Assembly (NCBI GenBank): GCA_002269645.1
Contig: NIVC01004224.1
Location: 1-54,115, forward strand
Direction of reading: 5' to 3'
DNA: 54,115 nucleotides
Source of the DNA: Macrostomum lignano
Taxonomy: Eukaryota
The notes under the pieces are model-generated. The model searched no databases, was not told the DNA's origin, and saw nothing but the letters and a program-made list of their open reading frames with translations. This document shows, piece by piece, positions 34,067-44,900 of this stretch. Positions within the stretch are counted from its first letter, which is position 1. Each line of letters opens with the position of its first letter. The position numbers and the translations under genes were made by a program.

Positions 34067-35710
34067 TGCATTAGATATCTATGGCCTGTGCAATCAATGC
34101 ATTAGATACCTATGGCCTGTGCAATCAATGCACTAGAAATCTATGGCCTGTGCAATCAATGCACTAGAAATCTATGGCCTGTTGCAATCAATGCACTAGA
34201 AATCTATGGCCTGTTGCAATCAATGCACTAGAAATCTATGGCCTGTTGCAATCAATGCACTAGAAATCTATGGCCTGTGCAATCAATGCATTAGATACCT
34301 ATGGCCTGTGCAATCAATGCACTAGAAATCTATGGCCTGTGTAATCAATGCATTAGATTCCTATGGCCTGTGCAATCAATGCATTAGATACCTATGGCCT
34401 GTTGCAATCAATGCATTAGATACCTATGGCCTGTGCAATCAATGCATTCGATACCTATGGCCTGTGCAATCAATGCATTCGATACCTATGGCCTGTGCAA
34501 TCAATGCATTCGATACCTATGGCCTGTGCAATCAATGCATTAGATACCTATAGCCTGTGCAATCAATGCATTAGATATCTATGGCCCGTGCAATCAATGC
34601 ACTAGAAATCTATGGCCTGTGCAATCAATGCATTAGATACCTATGCCCTGTGCAATCAATGCACTAGAAATCTATGGCCTGTGCAATCAATGCACTAGAA
34701 ATCTATGGCCTGTGCAATCAATGCACTAGAAATCTATGGCCTGTGCAATCAATGCATTAGATACCTATGGCCTGTGCAATCAATGCATTAGATTCCTATG
34801 GCCTGTGCAATCAATGCACTAGAAATCTATGGCCTGTGCAATCAATGCACTAGAAATCTATGGCCTGTGCAATCCATGCACTAGAAATCTATGGCCTGTG
34901 CAATCAATGCACTAGAAATATATGGCCTGTTGCAATCAATGCACTAGAAATCTATGGCCTGTTGCAATCAATGCATTAGATACCTATGGCCTGTGCAATC
35001 AATGCATTAGATACCTATGCCCTGTGCAATCAATGCACTAGAAATCTATGGCCTGTGCAATCAATGCACTAGAAATCTATGGCCTGTGCAATCAATGCAC
35101 TAGAAATCTATGGCCTGTGCAATCAATGCATTAGATACCTATGGCCTGTGCAATCAATGCATTAGATTCCTATGGCCTGTGCAATCAATGCACTAGAAAT
35201 CTATGGCCTGTGCAATCAATGCACTAGAAATCTATGGCCTGTGCAATCCATGCACTAGAAATCTATGGCCTGTGCAATCAATGCACTAGAAATATATGGC
35301 CTGTTGCAATCAATGCACTAGAAATCTATGGCCTGTTGCAATCAATGCATTAGATACCTATGGCCTGTGCAATCAATGCACTAGAAATCTATGGCCTGTG
35401 CAATCAATGCACTAGAAATCTATGGCCTGTGCAATCAATGCACTAGAAATCTATGGCCTGTGCAATCAGTGCATTAGAAATCTATGGCCTGTTGCAATCA
35501 ATGCACTAGAAATCTATGGCCTGTTGCAATCAATGCACTAGAAATCTATGGCCTGTTGCAATCAATGCACTAGAAATCTATGGCCTGTGCAATCAATGCA
35601 CTAGAAATCTATGGCCTGTGCAATCAATGCATTAGATACCTATGGCCTGTGCAATCAATGCATTAGATTCCTATGGCCTGTGTAATCAATGCAATAGATA
35701 CCTATAGCCT
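34067..35710. repeat. Minisatellite, 31-bp unit TATGGCCTGTGCAATCAATGCACTAGAAATC, ~52 copies
   Basis: Tandem repetition with two alternating variants (CTAGAAATC / TTAGATACC) and occasional +T units. Confidence 0.97.
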
Positions 35711-35930
35711 AATGTATTTAACCACGAACAGATGTACTTAAATGCGCACAACATTGAGATTGTAGAGTTTAGTAGAAAAGGCAACTAAGATGATAACTTC
35801 GAGCACAACCGCAACGTCTATGGTCAAAAGCTTCGATTTAGTGGCTATTAGCTTCAGGAATAAACTTTTTTATTATCTAATACAATAAAAATAATTTCAA
35901 CCATATTTCATAATCAAATCCAACAACAAC

Positions 35931-38900
35931 ATGGCCATCGCTATGGCTGACTGCATAGTGAAGAGCCGCAACGACTATCGGGCCTGGCTTCGCCGGGAGC
36001 GCGGCCAGTTTGCCATCAGGTACATTCGCGCCCAGCAGCGCTCGGAGAAGCGGGGCCAGTACATCGCCACGGAGAAGCTGGCCGACTGTGGGCACTATAT
36101 TCTGTGCGCCGCGAGGCCCAAATTCCACCTGCCTGGCGACTGCAACAACGTGCTGGAGCTGGACGGAGCGCAGCCTGCCGCCGAGGAGGGCAGCAACTCG
36201 TTCGACTCCGAAGGCGGCAGGATTGCGGCGGCGACGGCTCCGGCGGCGGCCAACACGCCGACAGCGGCGGTTGCGGCGGCTGCGGCCGCGGCGGCTGCGA
36301 AATCTTTCAACACCGGAGGCAACGACCGGAGACACCTGCCGACCTACACGCTGGAGGTCATCCGCAAGGTAATCTCGTGCTTATGCTCACTGGATTAGCT
36401 CAGTGGATTATCTCAGTGGATTATCTCAGGGGATTATCTCAATGGATTAGCTCACTGGATTGGATTATCTTAGTGGATTAGCTCACAGGATTAGCTCAGT
36501 TTGGATTAGCTCACTGGATTATCTCACTGGATTAGCTCACTGGATTAGCTCACTGGATTATCTCACTGGATTAGCTCAGTTTGGATTAGCTCATTGGATT
36601 AGCTCACTGGATTGGATTATCTTAGTGGATTAGCTCACTGGATTAGCTCACTGGATTAGCTCACTGGATTATCGCAATGGATTAGCTCACTGGATTAGCT
36701 CACTGGATTAGCTCACTGGATTATCGCAATGGATTAGCTCACTGGATTAGCTCACAGTATTAGCTCAGTTTGGATTAGCTCACTGGATTATCTCACTAGA
36801 TTAGCTCAGTTTGGATTAGCTCACTGGATTAGCTCACTGGATTAGCTCACTGGATTAGCTCAGTTTGGATTAGCTCACTGGATTAGCTCAGTTTGGATTA
36901 GCTCACTGGATTAGCTCAGTTTGGATTAGCTCACTGGATTATCTCACTAGATTAGCTCAGTTTGGATTAGCTCACTGGATTAGCTCACTGGATTAGCTCA
37001 CTGGATTAGCTCAGTTTGGATTAGCTCACTGGATTAGCTCACTGGATTAGCTCACTGGATTAGCTCACTGGATTAGCTCACTGGATTAGCTCACTGGATT
37101 AGCTCACTGGATTAGCTCACTGGATTAGCTCACTGGATTAGCTCAGTTTGGATTAGCTCACTGGATTAGCTCAGTTTGGATTAGCTCACTGGATTAGCTC
37201 ACTGGATTATCTCACTGGATTATCTCACTGGATTAGCTCAGTTTGGATTATCTCACTGGATTAGCTCACTGGATTAGCTCACTGGATTAGCTCAGTTTGG
37301 ATTAGCTCACTGGATATATGCACGTGAGCACCCGTTTCCAACAGGCCCATCTGGTTCACAAGAGCCGTCGCAGCGGCGTGAATTTGATCGGCCAACTGCT
37401 GGAGGCCAGGCGGCTGCAGCAGGCCATGCGTAGCCCGTTCATCTGCCGCCTGATCGACAGCTTCAAGGACCACTGCAACCTGTACTTTGTGAAGCCCGAC
37501 TGCCGAGCAGGCACCCTGCGGCAGCACATTGCCATGCGAGCTCAGATTATTCGGCCCGCTGGCAGTGCCGCCGCCAAGAAGGTCACGGAGGTCGCCCAGG
37601 AGCTGGAGGAGGGCAGCCGAGGCCTGGCCTCGGTGGGGACCTGCTTCAGCGTGCAGGAGATCCGCTTCATCGCCGCACAGGTGGTGCTGGCGCTCGAGTA
37701 TTTGGACAACCTGCGAATCGTGCACCGAGATCTGCGCAGCGAGAATATCCAGTTCGATTATCGGGGCTACGTGTACCTGACCGACTTTACCTGCGCTAAA
37801 CGGCTGCAAGGTTATGGGATAAAATTTTCATTTGTCTTCTGGTTCCTACAAATGCAATCTAGCTGACTTGTCGTCCGATTCACTCCCATGAGGGCCACCT
37901 AAAAGCTGAGAGCTCTCAGCTCCCCCTGCTGTGATTGGGCAGCAGATCTGAGCTCTCAGCTCCCCCTGCTGTGATTGGGCAGCAGATCTGAGCTCTCAGC
38001 TCCCCCTGCTGTGATTGGGCAGCAGCTCTCAGCTCCCCCTGCTGTGATTGGGCAGCAGCTCTCAGCCCCCCTGCTGTGATTGGGCAGCAGCTCTCAGCTC
38101 CCCCTGCTGTGATTGGGCAGCAGCTCTCAGTCCCCCTGCTGTGATTGGGCAGCAGCTCTCAGCTCCCCCTGCTGTGATTGGGCAGCAGCTCTCAGCCCCC
38201 TGCTGTGATTGGGCAGCAGCTCTCAGCTCCCCCTGCTGTGATTGGGCAGCAGCTCTCAGATCTCAGCCTCCCCCCTGCTGTGATAGGACAACAGCTGAGA
38301 GCTCCGGTTCGTCTCAGGCGTTTTATTCTATGTCATGTGTGAGTGCGTACGACTGCTCCATGGCTTCAGCTAAATGGTTGCAGGTCAATTGTTGTCTATA
38401 GTCTCAGTTGAGTAATTCTGTATCTGTCGCTGCTGCCTTGATGCTATCCAAGAAGCTGTTGAATTTTCTCACGAATCGAATTTTCCTGTCCCGCGCAGAC
38501 GGCCGAGCTTACACTATGATTGGCTGTCCGGACGTGATGGCGCCAGAGATGCTGCAGTGCCTGTTTCGCTGGTCAACAACCGACGCTGACGGCTGCGGTG
38601 AGGCTCTCAACGTTTTTGTCATTTACGATCTGCACTGAACGCATAGCATTTGGTCATAATTTAGTCATAATGAAATACCAATCTAAAAATCGAATTAATC
38701 TGCCTTAACGGACTCTGATCTGCCATTAGAGACTTCTTAACCCCTAATGTACATCTATACACGCATTTCGGTACAGAGACCCACTAACCCTCTCCAATGT
38801 ACATGCTTCTTCCAATCCAGACCCCACTAACCCTCTCCAATGTACACGCTTCTTCCAATGCAGACCCCACCACTACCCCTCTCCAATGTACATGCTTCTT

Positions 38901-39843
38901 CCAACGGAGATCCCACTAGCCCTCTTCAATGTACATGCTTCTTCCAATGGAGATCCCACTAGCCCTCTTCAATGTACACGCTTCTTCCAATGCAGACCCC
39001 ACTAACACTCTCCAATGTACACTCTTCTTCCAATGCAGACCCCACTAACCCTCTCCAATGTACACTCTTCTTCCAATGCAGACCCCACTAACCCTCTCCA
39101 ATGTACACTCGCCTACCTAAAAAATTCACTAAGCCTCCCAACTGCACACGGGCCTTCTAAAAAATCCCTAAAACTAAGCTTCGAGAGCTCACAACCGATT
39201 GCATTAAGCTCGCACACAACCACAGACCCCTAGTAACGCTTTCCCGTCAGCTCTTTTAGCCCACCAGCAACGTACATGCACTTTTAAATCCTCTGCTTGA
39301 AATCCCTCAGCCCGACTTGATCCGTACAGCGGCTACTCAACATCGGTGGATTACTGGGCCTTCGGTGTGCTCATGTACGAGATGCTCACCGGCCAGTCCA
39401 TGTTCAATGTCGAGCGCAGCCACGCAGGCCTCTCTCACTACATGCACGACCTTCGGGAGCTGGCCGTGAAATTTGGCGATGACAAACAGCAGCAGCAGCA
39501 GCAGCAGCAGCAACAGCAACAGCCGCAGCTGTTAGTCAGGCAGAGCGGCGATCGCGATCAGCAGCACATGTTCGGGATGATCTCCGGCCTGCTGAGCGTC
39601 CGTCTGAATCTCCGCCTCGGCTGCGGCCGCGCCGGCATCAGAGAACTGCGCGGCCATCAGTTCTTCGCCAGCTCCGGCTCCTCCGCCGATCCCATCGACT
39701 TCTTCGCGTTGCAGAACCAGACGGCCAAGCCGGACTTCCAGCCCAACCCGGAGGCCAGCATGTTCCCGGAGACCGAGATCGGCTGCGAGGACATCGGCTG
39801 CGATCAGTTCGACCAGTTCGGCGAGGAATTCGACGAGTTCTAA
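35931..39843 (+). CDS. PKA catalytic subunit-like protein, probable pseudokinase, 511 aa; exons 35931-36368, 37345-37810, 38499-38597, 39311-39843
   Basis: SPFICRLIDSFKDHCNLYFV, RFIAAQVVLALEYL, IVHRDLRSEN, LTDFTCAKRL, TMIGCPDVMAPE, VDYWAFGVLMYEMLTG and terminal FGEEFDEF parallel PKA-C (CGKEFSEF). Splicing is frame-consistent (1536 nt). Confidence 0.88.
36386..37315. repeat. Minisatellite, 13-bp GGATTAGCTCACT and 15-bp GGATTAGCTCAGTTT units, filling kinase intron 1
   Basis: Tandem repetition from ~17 nt after the donor to ~30 nt before the acceptor. Confidence 0.96.
37908..38290. repeat. Minisatellite, 33-bp unit GCTCTCAGCTCCCCCTGCTGTGATTGGGCAGCA, in kinase intron 2
   Basis: About 10 copies; the first units carry a 7-bp insert. 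Confidence 0.93.
38775..39110. repeat. Minisatellite, 43-bp unit CCAATGTACATGCTTCTTCCAATGCAGACCCCACTAACCCTCT, in kinase intron 3
   Basis: About 7-8 copies. Confidence 0.92.
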
Positions 39844-39949
39844 AACAATGAACTGCGCTGACCTTGGTTTGAGTTTTATCCTGCAACTGTTCAAGAACGC
39901 CCTAAATACTTGTGCAGTTCATTTTTAGGTTGTCCACCTTGACGAAACG

Positions 39950-40104
39950 CCTTTGGCGACATCCTCCCACAACCAGCTCTGATGGCAATTCTGGCCATTC
40001 CGGTGTGCTCCGGTGTGCCAGTTTTTATGCAGAAGTCCCAAACGAATGTGGGCGGTCACGGGATCGAACCAGGGGCCTTCACCGCAGAGCTGCTCCGCCA
40101 CCCC
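39950..40104 (-). mobile_element. Possible second tRNA-derived SINE head and body
   Basis: The minus strand reads GGGGTGGCGGAGCAG (A-box-like) ... CCTGGTTCGATCCCG (B-box) GACCGCCC; A-B spacing is short and there is no anticodon arm. Single copy in the window; 3' boundary unknown. Confidence 0.4.
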
Positions 40105-40106
40105 AT

Positions 40107-40803
40107 CAGGGGCGTAAAAACTATAGGGGACACGCCAACGCTTTGCCCCCCTCCACCCCACTTTGTGATCCGTTGTGGAAATCAATAGTTTTGCTTCAGA
40201 GCGCCAAAATGAGTGTCTGCGGCGCCAAAATGAGTGCCTGCCTGTGGCGCCATAATAAGTGTCTGCCTGCGGCGCCAAAATGAGTGTCTGCGGCGCCAAT
40301 GTGAGTGCCTGCCTGGGGCGCCAAAATGAGTGCTTGCCTGTGGCGCCAAAATGAGTGCCTGTGGCGCCAAAATGAGTGCCTGTGGCGCCAAAATGAGTGC
40401 CTGCCTGTGGCGCCAAACTGAGTGTCTGCGGCGCCAATGTGAGTGCCTGCCTGGGGCGCCTAAATGAGTGCCTGTGGCGCCAAAATGAGTGCTTGCCTGT
40501 GGCGCCAAAATGAGTGCCTGTGGCGCCAAAATGAGTGCCTGTGGTGCCAAAATGAGTGCCTGTGGTGCCAAAATGAGTGCCTGTGGTGCCAAAATGAGTG
40601 CCTGTGGCGCCAAAATGAGTGCCTGTGGCGCCAAAATGAGTGCCTGGGGCGCCAAAATGAGTGTCTGCGGCGCCAATGTGAGTGCCTGCCTGGGGCGCCT
40701 AAATGAGTGCTAACAACACCTATTCTCAAAATATTGTCCATGTAGAATTCTTGACTTTGTCCCCCCAACCACCTCAACCATAAGACCCCCGGCGACGCCC
40801 CTG
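40107..40803. mobile_element. hAT-type MITE, 697 bp, carrying a 21-bp minisatellite (GCCTGTGGCGCCAAAATGAGT, ~40199-40710)
   Basis: TIRs CAGGGGCGT / ACGCCCCTG; 8-bp TSD CACCCCAT / CACCCTAT (7/8). Confidence 0.8.
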
Positions 40804-41905
40804 CACCCTATGAACTCAATCTCAAAGTGCGCAACCTCGAAAAGTCTTAGCCAGTCACTTCCACCAGGACAGCTAAAAAAGTTTCATAATTTTGACGATT
40901 GAAATTTTAAGCTTATGAAAGCAAAATCCCGAGTGCTGTAGGGCGAAGAAAAAGGTGACGAAAAACGACCTCATTTCGTTGTATGTTGTAGACTCAAGTC
41001 TGCTCAACATCTGTTCAGCTGTTTTACCAAAACAAATTTGTACTTTATTCGGAGACTGAATGAAATAAAGTTATGGATTTATTGTTGCTGATAACCGCAG
41101 TTTAGTCGGTGTCGGACAGAAACCAATATATCTAACGGCCATTTTCCGCCTGTCAAACCACCAAGAGGGGGGCACGGGAACGGAGCAACGCAGGCACACG
41201 AAATTCAAGAACATGGGCCAGCGGTTTGTTGCGCACCTTCTCAAACAAGAATCAAGTCGCCAGCCGTCCGGACCATCAAGGTATTCGAAAACTCTGCCAG
41301 AAGGTCGGATTTTTCCCATAAGCGCCAGTGTATTCAGTACACCCCTGTGCGCCAATCAGCACTGCACCTCAGTGCAGCCTTGCCAAGCCTTCAGATTTCA
41401 TCAGCACGTCGACCGCATGTGTCTGACTTCGGTAGCCACTGACCTTCATCCAGGCGGAGCTTCTGGACCTTCAACAGGAGGTACCAAGACACCATGGACC
41501 CATTGTAAAGTCCTCAACTCAACCCCAACTCCCCCGATTTTTTTGTTTTACTGCTAATCTGATAATCTGTACTTTAAATCTTGTGATAAATTAACATTAA
41601 AATTTTCTATTTTCTATTTTGCTTGCACAAGATATGGATGATTTGTATTCAGAGAGAGCAGATGATGGACAGGAAATATTAACGCAAATTTGGATTTGCA
41701 GGAGCCCACATACGAGTTACCCCTGACTGTCCCTGCCATTGAAAAAGTGACCTAAAATGTGATACTGAACACGAGTCATTGGCTGTAGATACTGTGATTG
41801 GAGTGGGGCTTTGACTGGAGTGGGGCTGTGACTGGACTGGGGCTGTGACTGGAGTGTGAGGGAGGCTGTGACGAGTGTGAGGGAGGCTGTGACTGGAGCG
41901 TGGGG

Positions 41906-44900
41906 GGAGTAGAAGAGTCACTGACTGGAGTAGAAGAGTCACTGACTGGAGTAGAAGAGACACTGACTGGAGTAGAAGAGACACTGACTGGAGTAGAAGA
42001 GTCACTGACTGGAGTAGAAGAGTCACTGACTGGAGTAGAAGAGTCACTGACTGGAGTAGAAGAGTCACTGACTGGAGTAGAAGAGTCACTGACTGGAGTA
42101 GAAGAGACACTGACTGGAGTAGAAGAGTCACTGACTGGAGTAGAAGAGTCACTGACTGGAGTAGAAGAGTCACTGACTGGAGTAGAAGAGACACTGACTG
42201 GAGTAGAAGAGACACTGACTGGAGTAGAAGAGACACTGACTGGAGTAGAAGAGACACTGACTGGAGTAGAAGAGACACTGACTGGAGTAGAAGAGACACT
42301 GACTGGAGTAGAAGAGACACTGACTGGAGTAGAAGAGACACTGACTGGAGTAGAAGAGTCACTGACTGGAGTAGAAGAGACACTGACTGGAGTAGAAGAG
42401 ACACTGACTGGAGTAGAAGAGACACTGACTGGAGTAGAAGAGACACTGACTGGAGTAGAAGAGACACTGACTGGAGTAGAAGAGACACTGACTGGAGTAC
42501 AAGAGACACTGACTGGAGTAGAAGAGACACTGACTGGAGTAGAGGAGACACTGACTGGAGAAGAAGAGACACTGACTGGAGTACAAGAGACACTGACTGG
42601 AGTAGAAGAGACACTGACTGGAGTAGAAGAGACACTGACTGGAGTAGAAGAGACACTGACTGGAGTAGAGGAGACACTGACTGGAGTAGAAGAGACACTG
42701 ACTGGAGTACAAGAGACACTGACTGGAGTAGAAGAGACACTGACTGGAGTAGAAGAGACACTGACTGGAGTAGAAGAGACACTGACTGGAGTAGAAGAGT
42801 CACTGACTGGAGTAGTAGAGACACTGACTGGAGTAGAAGAGACACTGACTGGAGTACAAGAGACACTGACTGGAGTAGAAGAGACACTGACTGGAGTAGA
42901 AGAGACACTGACTGGAGTAGAAGAGTCACTGACTGAAGTAGAAGAGACACTGACTGGAGTAGAAGAGACACTGAATGGAGTAGAAGAGTCACTGACTGGA
43001 GTAGAAGAGACACTGACTGGAGTACAAGAGACACTGACTGGAGTAGAAGAGTCACTGACTGGAGTAGAAGAGACACTGACTGGAGTAGAAGAGACACTGA
43101 CTGGAGTAGAAGAGACACTGACTGGAGTAGAAGAGACACTGACTGGAGTAGAAGAGACACTGACTGGAGTAGAAGAGACACTGACTGGAGTAGAAGAGAC
43201 ACTGACTGTAGTAGAAGAGACACTGACTGGAGTAGAAGAGACACTGACTGGAGTAGAAGAGACACTGACTGGAGTAGAAGAGACACTGACTGGAGTACAA
43301 GAGACACTGACTGGAGTAGAAGAGACACTGACTGGAGTACAAGATACACTGACTGGAGTAGAAGAGACACTGACTGGAGTACAAGAGACACTGACTGGAG
43401 TACAAGATACACTGACTGGAGTAGAAGAGTCACTGACTGGAGTAGAAGAGACACTGACTGGAGTACAAGAGACACTGACTGGAGTAGAAGAGACACTGAC
43501 TGGAGTAGAAGCGACACTGACTGGAGTACAAGAGACACTGACTGGAGTAGAAGAGACACTGACTGGAGTACAAGAGACACTGACTGGAGTAGAAGAGACA
43601 CTGACTGGAGTACAAGAGACACTGACTGGAGTAGAAGAGTCACTGACTGGAGTACAAGATACACTGACTGGAGTAGAAGAGACACTGACTGGAGTAGAAG
43701 AGACACTGACTGGAGTAGAAGAGTCACTGACTGGAGTAGTAGAGACACTGACTGGAGTAGAAGAGACACTGACTGGAGTACAAGAGACACTGACTGGAGT
43801 AGAAGAGACACTGACTGGAGTAGAAGAGACACTGACTGGAGTAGAAGAGACACTGACTGGAGTAGAAGAGACACTGAATGGAGTAGAAGAGTCACTGACT
43901 GGAGTAGAAGAGACACTGACTGGAGTACAAGAGACACTGACTGGAGTAGAAGAGTCACTGACTGGAGTAGAAGAGACACTGACTGGAGTAGAAGAGACAC
44001 TGACTGGAGTAGAAGAGACACTGACTGGAGTAGAAGAGACCCTGACTGGAGTAGAAGAGACACTGACTGGAGTAGAAGAGACACTGACTGGAGTAGAAGA
44101 GACACTGACTGTAGTAGAAGAGACACTGACTGGAGTACAAGAGACACTGACTGGAGTAGAAGAGACACTGACTGGAGTAGAAGAGACACTGACTGGAGTA
44201 CAAGAGACACTGACTGGAGTAGAAGAGACACTGACTGGAGTACAAGATACACTGACTGGAGTAGAAGAGACACTGACTGGAGTACAAGAGACACTGACTG
44301 GAGTACAAGATACACTGACTGGAGTAGAAGAGTCACTGACTGAAGTAGAAGAGACACTGACTGGAGTACAAGAGACACTGACTGGAGTAGAAGAGACACT
44401 GACTGGAGTAGAAGAGACACTGACTGGAGTACAAGAGACACTGACTGGAGTAGAAGAGACACTGACTGGAGTACAAGAGACACTGACTGGAGTAGAAGAG
44501 ACACTGACTGGAGTACAAGAGACACTGACTGGAGTAGAAGAGTCACTGACTGGAGTACAAGATACACTGACTGGAGTACAAGAGACACTGACTGGAGTAG
44601 AAGAGACACTGACTGGAGTACAAGAGACACTGACTGGAGTAGAAGAGACACTGACTGGAGTACAAGAGACACTGACTGGAGTACAAGAGACACTGACTGG
44701 AGTAGAAGAGACACTGACTGGAGTAGAAGAGACACTGACTGGAGTAGAAGAGACACTGACTGGAGTAGAAGAGACACTGACTGGAGTAGAAGAGACACTG
44801 ACTGGAGTAGAAGAGTCACTGACTGGAGTACAAGATACACTGACTGGAGTAGAAGAGACACTGACTGGAGTACAAGAGACACTGACTGGAGTAGAAGAGT

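Noticed and set aside
41071-41557. Minus ORF containing RCATNRWPMFL, reminiscent of the piggyBac transposase C-terminal RWPM motif
   Set aside because: A single short motif; no DDD core, TTAA TSD or TIRs were found; flanking frames are uninformative.
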